This document shows positions 1-9,000 of a stretch of 64,000 nucleotides of DNA, piece after piece; positions within the stretch are counted from its first letter, which is position 1, and every line of letters begins with the position of its first letter. The notes beneath the pieces were generated by a model. The model saw only the letters and a list, made by a program, of their open reading frames with translations. It did no database searches and was not told where the DNA came from. The DNA lies in IMG/VR virus record IMGVR_UViG_3300037483_000453, positions 1 to 64,000 of that record; one strand, 5' to 3'. The DNA is from a virus. Both the position numbers and the translations under genes were made by a program.

Positions 1-75
1 GGTCCTCCCTAGTATTAGGTCCATGGTAGGGTGTATCTAGTGCCATTAAGTGGCTGAGATTAGTGGGTATTCAAA

Positions 76-111
76 GCCGTTACTTACCTCTCCTAGCAGG
101 TAAGTAACGGC
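76..111. repeat. Perfect 14-bp inverted repeat (hairpin) in the non-coding 1-356 region
   Basis: GCCGTTACTTACCT (76-89), 8-nt loop, AGGTAAGTAACGGC (98-111); the arms are exact reverse complements. Confidence 0.9.
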
Positions 112-356
112 ATAAACCAGACGTAAGATCTATGAGGCTACCTTATGTTGATGATCAGCCTCGTTTTACTGGCTTTTTGAGTCTAGGTTGCAGCATAAGC
201 TCGGTTAGCTCGCGGCGAAGCCCGCCAGTTGTGAGTGATCGTCGGAGAAGAATTGTATGAAAGCCTAATGATTTCAATAGGTTCACGTACTTGATCACGC
301 TGTGAACGATCCGTATGTGCGGCCGGTATAACGAGGTTGGGAGAGGGGTACTTTAG

Positions 357-641
357 ATGGCCACTGACAGGTTTGAGGTAACCGAGGGGGAGCTAGCTCT
401 TATAGACAAAACGATTGATGACCTAAGGCAGCGGGTAACGGATGAAGCTCGGGTACGAGCGCAGATAAAAGGTATGTTAGAGACTCTTTCTATGTTTGGG
501 CCCCTTCCTAGCCCGTTCTATAACGAGGCACTGGGCATCCCATACGATTCTGGGTTGCGGCTCGAGGCCAAGGTCGACCCAGAAGACCCAACTAAGGTGA
601 TCTTTACGCTGAAAGTGTCTGACGAGGAGCTAACGAAATGA
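357..641 (+). CDS. Hypothetical protein (94 aa)
   Basis: Purine-rich SD (GGGAGAGGGG) upstream; ATGA overlap with dcd. Confidence 0.7.
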   Translation: MATDRFEVTEGELALIDKTIDDLRQRVTDEARVRAQIKGMLETLSMFGPLPSPFYNEALGIPYDSGLRLEAKVDPEDPTKVIFTLKVSDEELTK

Positions 642-1270
642 TAATCACAGGTGAGCAAATCAAAGAAGCTGTGAGACACGGCACACTCACCATCCAGCCC
701 TACGTCGAGGAGAATGTGCAGCCGGCATCCATTGATCTGACGCTAGGCGATGAGGTCTGTGTCTACTCCAAGCAAGTAGTCTATGACGAGGACGAAGAAG
801 CGATGGCTCTATCAATGAACTGGGACCAGGGGGCACGCCCTGGGCAGTCTTTTTTGAGTGTCACAAATGGGGTTTTTGCAGACTCCAAGGAAGAGCAGCA
901 GGTGCACAGATTCACGATGTCTAAGGAGAAGGGGTTTGTCATCAAGCCTGGCATCCTGTATCTCATGCACACGCATGAACGCATCTGCGCCAAAACCATG
1001 GTCTCAGTGCTAGATGGCAAGAGTTCCATCGGACGGCTCGGTGTGGTGGTGCATTTGACTGCTGGGTATGGTGACCCTGGCTTCGACGGGCAGTACACTC
1101 TTGAGGTGGTCTGTACGCACCCGGTAGCCCTGTACCCTGGGATGAAGATTGCGCAGATGCGCTTCCACGTCATGTATGGCGAAGCTGATACCAGCTACGC
1201 AACCAAAGGACACTATGTCGGTGGCAAGGCCGTGGGGGCAGTTCCATCCATGGCGCACAAGCAGTTCTAG
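638..1270 (+). CDS. dcd: dCTP deaminase
   Basis: Motifs QPASIDLTLG, GKSSIGRLG, AGYGDPGFDGQYTLE, LYPGMKIAQM typical of trimeric dCTP deaminases. Confidence 0.95.
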   Translation: MIITGEQIKEAVRHGTLTIQPYVEENVQPASIDLTLGDEVCVYSKQVVYDEDEEAMALSMNWDQGARPGQSFLSVTNGVFADSKEEQQVHRFTMSKEKGFVIKPGILYLMHTHERICAKTMVSVLDGKSSIGRLGVVVHLTAGYGDPGFDGQYTLEVVCTHPVALYPGMKIAQMRFHVMYGEADTSYATKGHYVGGKAVGAVPSMAHKQF

Positions 1271-1278
1271 GAGGGCAC

Positions 1279-1509
1279 GTGAGGAAAGAAACCATTTGGA
1301 TCTACGCACATCCTGATGAAGAGCGCTTCTTTACGCAGACGACACCAGTCACATGTGAGCGAGGGACTCAGCTTCGCAGGCATGGTTACACGATCTTCAA
1401 GACCGATGTAACGTTTCCCCCGTCTTTCTCGACAGCTGCTCAGCCGATTGAGAACACGGGCCTTAGTGAGCAATGGGAGGGTAAGGATGAAGACACTGTT
1501 AAGTCGTGA
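1279..1509 (+). CDS. Hypothetical protein (76 aa)
   Basis: GTG start after GGAGGG SD; fills the gap between dcd and the endolysin. Confidence 0.55.
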   Translation: MRKETIWIYAHPDEERFFTQTTPVTCERGTQLRRHGYTIFKTDVTFPPSFSTAAQPIENTGLSEQWEGKDEDTVKS

Positions 1510-2257
1510 GCACGCAGCTTGGTGCCTGTACAAGCAGGGGATCCATGATGGAAGTCTAACGAGTCGCCTGGCATACTTTCAGACGACTCATCTAGGTTCC
1601 GGGGGTAGCCCCCTCAAGGTCACAGGGCAGCTTGACGAGGACACCTCATGGGCCCTACACAAGCCGACGGGCAAAGCTCAGAAGTCCAACCTCAAGCCCA
1701 AAATCCCAAGGGGCCTCACTGAAGACCGCAAGGCAATCCTTGGGCTGGCCATTGGCGAGCATGCCAAAGGGGTCAAGGAGCGCCCCAACGGGAGCAACCG
1801 GTCCAAGGAGATCGATAAGTACCTCCCCGGATGGCTGCGTGCCAAGCTCCTGAAGAACGAATATGGCCCACCCTGGTGTGCCTTCTTCGTTAACTGGGTC
1901 ATTACCACTAGGTTCAGTAAGCTGCCCTGGGGAGGTTACATTGGCAGTTGTAACCGCCTAGTGAAGGCTGCTCAGAAGAGTAGCAAGTGCGATGTGTTCT
2001 CCGACCCAGAAGATGTCGCTCCGGGCGACATCTTTGTCATCTTGCATGGCAGTACAGGACACACCGGGTTCGTTCTCCGCAAGAACGCACAGAGCACCAA
2101 AGTTAACACGGTCGAGGGTAACTGTGGCAATCGTGTCAAAGTGGGCCTGCGCGAAGTTAAGGATATCACCTGGTTCATCCGCATCTGCCCGGTGCCCGAC
2201 AGGATGCACAGCCCGCTGCTCGCTGCTACTAACGTGTCCGCCGCTGGTACCCGGTGA
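1487..2257 (+). CDS. Endolysin: peptidoglycan-binding-like N-terminus plus CHAP amidase domain
   Basis: PWCAFFVNWV (catalytic Cys), GDIFVI..STGHTGFV (His), NTVEGN; N-terminal FQ..H..LKVTGQLD..T..AL resembles PG_binding_1. Start moved to ATG 1487 (GGGAGG upstream). Confidence 0.85.
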   Translation: MKTLLSREHAAWCLYKQGIHDGSLTSRLAYFQTTHLGSGGSPLKVTGQLDEDTSWALHKPTGKAQKSNLKPKIPRGLTEDRKAILGLAIGEHAKGVKERPNGSNRSKEIDKYLPGWLRAKLLKNEYGPPWCAFFVNWVITTRFSKLPWGGYIGSCNRLVKAAQKSSKCDVFSDPEDVAPGDIFVILHGSTGHTGFVLRKNAQSTKVNTVEGNCGNRVKVGLREVKDITWFIRICPVPDRMHSPLLAATNVSAAGTR

Positions 2258-2281
2258 CAGGCTGGTGTAGGCTAGCTGTAG

Positions 2282-2608
2282 ATGGCGAACAATAGGGAAG
2301 ACGGTCAGGAGGAGTCGGTACAGGCGCGCAACACCCGTCTGCGTGAGGTGCTGTCTAATGCCTATACCGCCCTTCAGGCCGAGAAGTCTGTCCAGAGTTT
2401 CAGTGCCTTCACCTTTGAAGAGGCTCTGGATTCTCAGATTGAACGCATTGAAGGTGCTGGGACACAGCTGAGACCCAACGAGCTTGATAGGGTGAGCAAG
2501 ATCTTGGGCCAAGTGCGTGAGGCAGTAATCCAAGTGAAGGCTCTGCCACCCGAAGCCTTCGCAAAGCCTAAGGAAGGGGAGGACGTCAACTCAGACCCTG
2601 ATGGGTGA
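2282..2608 (+). CDS. Hypothetical helical protein (108 aa)
   Basis: ORF in operon context. Confidence 0.65.
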   Translation: MANNREDGQEESVQARNTRLREVLSNAYTALQAEKSVQSFSAFTFEEALDSQIERIEGAGTQLRPNELDRVSKILGQVREAVIQVKALPPEAFAKPKEGEDVNSDPDG

Positions 2609-2619
2609 TAAGGAGTCTG

Positions 2620-3081
2620 ATGAAAGATATACTCCCCTTCTTGGACGGCTGTGATGCCCTTGTGAGCGGGCAAACCCCCCCTGAGATCATTTCTAAAGCC
2701 ATCACACTGATAGAGGATCCAACCTATTGGTGTGGCGAGCACACGGCCTGTATACGCACGTACCATGAGACCAGTGATGGTATTCCGTACCTACTGGATA
2801 CCTGCTGTAAGGTCAGTGATCCACGTGCCACGTGCCTGAGTGTGGAGGGCGCAGTAGCCCGCGCTTGTAACGACCTGGGCATTACCCCACCCGTACTTCA
2901 GCGACGGCTAGACCAATGGACTCTGGACTACCTCAATGACGAGGGAGTCACAGTGTATGGTCAGGTAGCTGACATCTGGTGTGAGGTTTCCATCGGGTGG
3001 TTCGGTGAGAAGTATGGGCACCAAGAGGTGCTGTACCTCTTGAACTACATCTATGAGAAGGTCAGTGCCTCTTCACGGTAG
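2620..3081 (+). CDS. Hypothetical protein (DUF6197-like)
   Basis: AGGAG SD before ATG 2620; TPPEIISKAITLIEDPTYWC..C...GAV pattern recalls DUF6197 phage proteins. Confidence 0.55.
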   Translation: MKDILPFLDGCDALVSGQTPPEIISKAITLIEDPTYWCGEHTACIRTYHETSDGIPYLLDTCCKVSDPRATCLSVEGAVARACNDLGITPPVLQRRLDQWTLDYLNDEGVTVYGQVADIWCEVSIGWFGEKYGHQEVLYLLNYIYEKVSASSR

Positions 3082-3095
3082 AGGAGAGTTGGGAT

Positions 3096-3386
3096 ATGAA
3101 GGTTTATCTGTTGCCCGTAGATGGTGCCGCACGCATGCGCTGCGTGCAACCTTACGAAGGATCGGCTTACGTCGATGTGGTGGATACGCTGTGCCCTGTG
3201 TGCAATAAGGCGCTGGCGGTAGCTGGCACAAGCATGCACCCGAGTCAAGACGATCGCGCCTGGGAGTCCGACGCCTACAGCACGTGTTGCAAGGAGTACA
3301 TCGGGGAGCTGCGCGTCGAGATGAACACGCTCTTCGGCGTCCGCGAGGACGCTGCGGTGCTCTCTGGGCGATGCCGTGTCTACTGA
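3096..3386 (+). CDS. Cys-rich hypothetical protein (putative Zn ribbon)
   Basis: GAGGAG SD; CPVC...CC motifs. Confidence 0.6.
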   Translation: MKVYLLPVDGAARMRCVQPYEGSAYVDVVDTLCPVCNKALAVAGTSMHPSQDDRAWESDAYSTCCKEYIGELRVEMNTLFGVREDAAVLSGRCRVY

Positions 3387-3954
3387 CATGCTGCACGTCG
3401 CGCGGGTCGACGTCCACGGCACGCCCCTCTGCGGCGCACTTTCGACTACGTGTGTGATCATCGCTGTGTCCTCGCTCGGAGTGAGGTTGCGCCAGTTGAC
3501 TGAGGCGGCAGAACTGGAAGGTCTCCGGGCGTGCCCCGCATGCATGCAGTGGCTTCGGGTTATCGACATAGAAAAGGGGAGGATGGGCGCGGCGCCGTGG
3601 GCACTGGCGCAGTGGGCAAAGGAGCCCAGGGAGGGAGTGGCCGTCGTGCGTAGAGCCAACCACACCATCCGGATCTTCTACTGGCAGCTTACTTCGATGC
3701 CGGAGTACAGCATCTCGCTGCCCACAGGGCAGACGCCATTCAAGATGTGGCGCCGCACATACAATGCTGATGGGCGCAGAAAACTGCCCGATGCCCGGCT
3801 TGTCGGTCAGTACCATCCCGTCGATGAGCCTGGCATGTTCGGCGTTCGTTGGTTCGCTGTGAGTTTGCTGCACGGCCCCATGCCGCCCGGTTGGGTCGCG
3901 CCGGACTGGATGGGCAATGCCGCGTGTACCAGTGCGGTGCTGTGCAGAGGCTGA
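3376..3954 (+). CDS. Hypothetical protein
   Basis: ORF tiling between neighbours; start may be ATG 3388; CPAC motif. Confidence 0.55.
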   Translation: MSTDMLHVARVDVHGTPLCGALSTTCVIIAVSSLGVRLRQLTEAAELEGLRACPACMQWLRVIDIEKGRMGAAPWALAQWAKEPREGVAVVRRANHTIRIFYWQLTSMPEYSISLPTGQTPFKMWRRTYNADGRRKLPDARLVGQYHPVDEPGMFGVRWFAVSLLHGPMPPGWVAPDWMGNAACTSAVLCRG

Positions 3955-3968
3955 GCTAAGGAGGAAAT

Positions 3969-4247
3969 ATGACGACATTGATTACGGGTAAAACATTCCC
4001 GGTCAAAGAGAAGATCAAGTCACTTGGAGGGAAGTGGGATGCCGACGTCAAAGGCTGGCGCGTTCCAGACGATAAGGCCGCTGAGGCCCAAGCACTTGTT
4101 GACGGTGTGGAAACTGGGGACGGCTTCGTCTCACGAAGGCGTCGCTCATACTACGGTGGTGGTTGTCATACGGATGGTAACTGCTCCTCAATGTGCAATC
4201 CAAGCTCATGTCCATGCGGGGATGGTGGATGGTTTCGCTGCTGCTAG
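3969..4247 (+). CDS. Small protein with DUF5710-like N-terminus and Cys-rich C-terminus
   Basis: AAGGAGG SD; TFPVKEKIKSLGGKWD...KGW motif; C-terminal CHTDGNCSSMCNPSSCPC. Confidence 0.7.
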   Translation: MTTLITGKTFPVKEKIKSLGGKWDADVKGWRVPDDKAAEAQALVDGVETGDGFVSRRRRSYYGGGCHTDGNCSSMCNPSSCPCGDGGWFRCC

Positions 4248-4378
4248 AAAGAAGGCGGGCACGCTAACCAACGATGTAACACCCCAGTAAGTAGTAGTTA
4301 ATAGGGAGTTGTTACATCGCATTCGCCATGGTTCTCACCCCTGAAATCGGAAGTCGAGCAAAAAAGGAGTGTACGTAG

Positions 4379-4717
4379 GTGGCTAAGCCGAGGCGTAAGT
4401 CATTACCAGAAGAAACCGTCAAGGTGCTAAATCACCGGCTCACAGAGGTTGAAAACTCGCTGAAGCGGAACTCGGCAACACTTGTTGTCACTGAGAACCA
4501 GCGAGCCAAGGTGCTGAGAGCCCTGGTGGCAGCCGAGCTCGATGCCGATGCGTTACTGGCTGCGGTCCGGGTACTAGCTGAACAGGTGTCATCTACCACA
4601 GCAGCTGGGCGTAGAGCTCGCAAGGAGGCCAGGCTCGAGCTGGCTGCTAGGAGCATAGCTCCTCCAAGTACCCTAGGGGCACCTAGGAATAGACCCAAAG
4701 TCAAGAGGAAGAAATGA
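4379..4717 (+). CDS. Basic coiled-coil hypothetical protein
   Basis: AAGGAG SD, GTG start; K/R-rich ends. Confidence 0.6.
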   Translation: MAKPRRKSLPEETVKVLNHRLTEVENSLKRNSATLVVTENQRAKVLRALVAAELDADALLAAVRVLAEQVSSTTAAGRRARKEARLELAARSIAPPSTLGAPRNRPKVKRKK

Positions 4718-4780
4718 TCTTGACTGGACGCCGTGGAGTTGCAACACTCCTCCACAGCGCTCCCCTCAGGGCACAATCTT

Positions 4781-4822
4781 GAAAGGCCTGCCCACAGCCC
4801 CCGTGGGTCAGGCCTTTCTTTT
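4781..4822 (+). terminator. Intrinsic terminator
   Basis: GAAAGGCCTG-CCCAC / GTGGG-T-CAGGCCTTTC stem (15 bp, 1 bulge) followed by TTTT. Confidence 0.75.
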
Positions 4823-4847
4823 AGCCTCGTGGTGGTAGAATCCTTGT

Positions 4848-5357
4848 ATGGCTGTTGATCTCCGCAAAGGCGCAAAGGCGCGCTTCTGGTCCAAAGTCGA
4901 CAAGAAGGGACCAGATGACTGTTGGTTGTGGCTAGGGGCAACAGACAAGGACGGGTACGGCATTTTTAGGCCTAGCGCATCTGTGTGCTCAGCGAGGGCA
5001 CACAGAGTTTCGCTGCAGCTCGCGCAGGGGTCTCTGAGTGACGATATCCAGGTTCTTCATGAGTGCGACACTCCGGCATGCGTGAACCCATTGCACCTGT
5101 TTGAGGGGACGCACCTAACGAACATGAGAGACAAGGTGGCTAAGGGGCGGCAGGTATCCGGACTACAGGTGCATCCAGATCTGGCACTTCGTGGTGAAGA
5201 GCACCCGCTAACGACATTGACTGAGGAGCAGGTGCGGTCGATACGCACTCGATATGTGCCTAGGAAGGTCCCTTTGAGGGTGTTCGCGACCCAGTACGGG
5301 GTGTCGGAGTCGACGATCAGCAATGTGGTGCGTGGCGTAACTTGGGGGCACATCTGA
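4848..5357 (+). CDS. Free-standing HNH homing endonuclease with C-terminal HTH
   Basis: CWLWLGA..KDGYG, AHRVS, VLHECDTPACVNPLHLFEGTHLTNMRD (HNH_3 type); HTH LTEEQV..IR...YGVSESTI. Confidence 0.92.
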   Translation: MAVDLRKGAKARFWSKVDKKGPDDCWLWLGATDKDGYGIFRPSASVCSARAHRVSLQLAQGSLSDDIQVLHECDTPACVNPLHLFEGTHLTNMRDKVAKGRQVSGLQVHPDLALRGEEHPLTTLTEEQVRSIRTRYVPRKVPLRVFATQYGVSESTISNVVRGVTWGHI

Positions 5358-6010
5358 TGGCCGTGGATTTACAAGTTGTATACCCGCAAATGGCGGTTGT
5401 CCTGAGCAACGTGAAGGTTCTGCCAGGGCCACCTCGGGTTGTGGACGTAACTGGTGCAGACTTCCGGTCTGTGGATGAGGTGCTCATCAACAGGATTGCA
5501 TCAGAAGATGTGGTAGTGCTGAGCAAGACACGTTTAGTCGCACAGGTCCCTGACTCTCTCCTGTCCCATCGAGTACTCTCAGTCACCATCCTCTCACGAC
5601 GACTAACCCTGTCCTCAAAGAGCATGTTGAGATTCAGGCTGAGCAGGACTCCGGGCAAGGTTAGTGGGGTACTTCGCTTGGTGCAGAAGTTTCTGAAGAT
5701 TTTGTTCACCACACCAGGCAGTGATATCTTCAATAGGCAGATAGGCGGTGGCGCTTTGCGCAATGTAGGGGCGACGTTTGGCGTTGAAGAAGGTGGAGAT
5801 GTCATCAACAACTTGGTGATAGCCATCGACACGGCCAGTCGTCAAATCACCGCGCTGCAGAGTCGCAACCCATCATTGCCCCGGTCTGAGAGGCTGTTGT
5901 CCGCTAAGATCCTTCGCGCTAGCTTCAACAAGGAAGAAGGTGCCTTGGACATCGCCGTAGAAATCACCAACCAGTCGGGCGAGGCTGCAATGGCGAACTT
6001 GGAGATCTAA
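5357..6010 (+). CDS. Baseplate protein, gp25/GpW-like C-terminus
   Basis: TGATG coupling with HNH gene; LVQKFLKILFTTPGSD...GGG and ERLLSAKI pattern of gp25-like wedge proteins; directly precedes the baseplate J-like gene. Confidence 0.7.
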   Translation: MAVDLQVVYPQMAVVLSNVKVLPGPPRVVDVTGADFRSVDEVLINRIASEDVVVLSKTRLVAQVPDSLLSHRVLSVTILSRRLTLSSKSMLRFRLSRTPGKVSGVLRLVQKFLKILFTTPGSDIFNRQIGGGALRNVGATFGVEEGGDVINNLVIAIDTASRQITALQSRNPSLPRSERLLSAKILRASFNKEEGALDIAVEITNQSGEAAMANLEI

Positions 6011-9000
6011 TGGCTGTTCGGGACATAGAAGCTTTCCTCAAAGAGCGCGCAGCACGCTTTGATCCAAACTTGGATCTAACGTCAGGCTCACCCTTTGACA
6101 TCCAGGTGGTACAACCTCTGGTCCGACGGCTAGGGACTGACCCATTCTCTGTGGACCTGTCAACGTTTCTCGATGCCCGCATCAGGCAAGCGTTTCCGGA
6201 TATGGCAGTGGATGAGGGCGATGCCCTCGCTGATCTATTGATCAAGCCAAATACGCTACTGTGGGACCCCATAGTTCGAGAGATCACACGGGTAAAACAG
6301 AACCTTAGTTTCCAGGACCCCACCGCCCTGAGCCTCGAGGAAGCAGAGGCCCTTGGTGCCAACCTGTTTGCAGAGCGTAGGTCTGGCTCTTACGCCCGCG
6401 GGATGGGGCGAGTCTTCTTCTCACAGCCGCAAAACATCTCAATCAGTCCGATCAACTACTTCAGTTCAAAGGGGGGCCTTCGGTTCTTTCCCACAGAGGC
6501 GCAGACCATCAAAACTGATGAGATGTTGGTTAACCCAGCACCCGATGGTTCCTACTTCTTCGATATCAACCTCATCGCCGAGAGCCCTGGTGATGACTAC
6601 AATATTGGCAAAGGTGAACTCACTAGTATAGCTAATGTCGAGGCTGCGGTACGAGTCACCAATCTTCGCAGGTTCCGGCAAGGTGAAGACGCAGATACAG
6701 CAGAGCAGTTCATTGATAGGGCCAAGGGTGAGCTCACAGAGAGATCGCTGGTCACACTGCGTGGGATCTCAGCTCAACTGACGCGAGCCTTCCCGGAGGT
6801 ACGCCGTCTCAATGTAGTTGGGTTCAACGATCCAGAGATGCAGCGTGATGTTGTTAAGGGCGGGGGATACGGCCCTATCATTGTCTCAGGACAGCTTGGG
6901 ATGGTTGGGGACGACGGGGAAAACAAGGCAGCCAGCCGACGGTTCATCACAACTGAAGAGGACTTTACTTCCATCATCGGGCCCTCATCGCTCCTGCCTA
7001 AAGGGTTCGTGCTCACAGTTGCTAATGGCGTGGATGACTCCGCGGCCCCAGTGTTCCAAGATTTCGCGGTGCTAGCGGTACGGGGTTCTGACACTATTGA
7101 TATTGAAGAGCAGGTGTTAGGTATTGGATTCTCAGACCTGCTCTGGTCTCTCCGTAAAGCTGAGCTCACCCTTTCTTCTATTCCTGGTGGCATCCTGTTC
7201 CCTGACGGGCCGCAGGGAACAGTGGCTATCGCTGATGATGAGATTCACATTGGTGGAACCACAGATATGTACATCAGGGGTACCGGGTTTGATGAGAACA
7301 CCATCATTCTAGACAACGTCACTGACGACGATAAAGAACTCTCGGGGCTACAGGCACAACCAGCCGCGTTGCCGCAGCTTGCTGTGGACGGGTTCCTGCT
7401 CGCCGACCTGGTCACAGGGACTGACTATTCCATTAACAGCGAGACATTTAGGCTGTTGGATAGGGCTGGTCGAGATGGTCTCACTCTACAGATTGTAGCG
7501 GGGCTTACCAGCACTAACCTAGGCGTCTACCGTGTTGTGGGTGTCTCACAAATCAATGGGCAGCCTGTGGAGCTGCAGGTGTCTCCCACTCCACCAGCAA
7601 TCGATGGCACAGACTATCGATGGCATTTATTTGATCAGGTCAACATTGACTTGATAGATCCCAAGGAGACCCGCATTACTGCGGGTGGATTGGTCACCAC
7701 CCAAAACTCGGACATCGTCCAGGCGTCCCCATCTATAAACTTCAGTGGCCTTGGGGTGGCTGAGGGTGACACGCTAAGGATCTTGCAGGGACCTGACGCT
7801 GGTGATTACAGGCTACTACAAAACCCGATAGCCCCAGGCTTTGACAAGCTGCAGCTTGACACTGCTTTGAAGAACACAAGCAGCAGCCTGAGTTTCACTG
7901 TCTTCAGGGCCAACTCAGCTGGCCCTCTTGAGCTGCCACTTGTCCGCATCACCCGGCTTGAACTTCTTGACAGCTCTAACCAGCCATTGGGCACAACAAT
8001 CCCCTATGCAAAGCCTGTGGATATCCAGTCCCGGGCTTTCCAGAACCCTGCTCGAGGTGTGAAGCACGCCCTTATAGATGTTGAGCTTGGCATTATCAGC
8101 CTGGTCTTTCCTAGGGTAGGGCTGACTGGGCGGACCCTGGAAATCACGGTTCTACAAGCGGATAGCTCCGAGGTGTCAACTAGTGTGGTGTTCACTGGGG
8201 ATACATCAGCTATTGCTGTTGCTGATATCAACGCGGCACTTGGCGTCCTGGGCTACAATACCTCCGCTTTTGAGTTCATTCGATCTGGCGGGACGGCTGT
8301 CGCTTTCAGGCCCACAGGGGTGGGTCTCATTCTCACATCAGGCACATCCCTCAGTCTCCTGTTCGGGGATGATGAGCGCAGGTCTACTGCAGATATTCGG
8401 TCTGCTACAGTGAACGCGCTACCTGATAGTCCGGGGGCAGGCGTGAGCGGTTGGGATGAGCTATCACCCCCAGTAGACTTTGTAACCGGTCTTGACCTTG
8501 TACAGGTTGTAGATGGCAACCAAGTGGGATTCTACAGGTCACCTTATTCAGGTCCACCCAGCACCACCCGGCTATTTCCAAATACTACGGGATCGGGATC
8601 TGGCGTTGATACACGGGCACTCATTATTCGAGATGTGACCGTGCTACACGATGAGAGCACAAGGCAGTTTGCGCCTGAAGATAATGTGCAGCTTGAGCTC
8701 GGTTCACGGTCGCTCGGGTCTGTCCGTTGCTACTTCCTAGAGCCCACTAGCATCGAGTTTGACCAAAACTCGTTTTTCTACGTGGATACGGACGCAGGAA
8801 CACTGCGATTTCTTCCAGATCCTTCTTTGCCGGCACAGCTTCTACCTCCCCTACCAAGCGACAACAAGTCCAATGATGGGTCTGCAACTGACGGGGGAAC
8901 TGTATTCACATCTCTCTCTCAGGATTTTCTGCAGGCTGGTGTTGAGACTGGTGACGAGCTAGTCATCGACTATGTCCCAATCACAGGCACTGTTTCACTG

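Noticed and set aside
638-1270. Uracil-substituted genome suggested by dcd
   Set aside because: An apparently intact family-4 UDG is encoded in the same genome.
3073-3978. 301-aa minus-strand ORF and similar antisense or alternate-frame ORFs across the track
   Set aside because: They shadow better-supported genes with SD sites and tight tiling; expected in GC-rich DNA.
4729-4775. tRNA-Cys-like arm (GGAGT-TGCAAC-ACTCC)
   Set aside because: No T-loop GTTCRA, D-arm or acceptor stem. No tRNA genes were recognised anywhere in the window.
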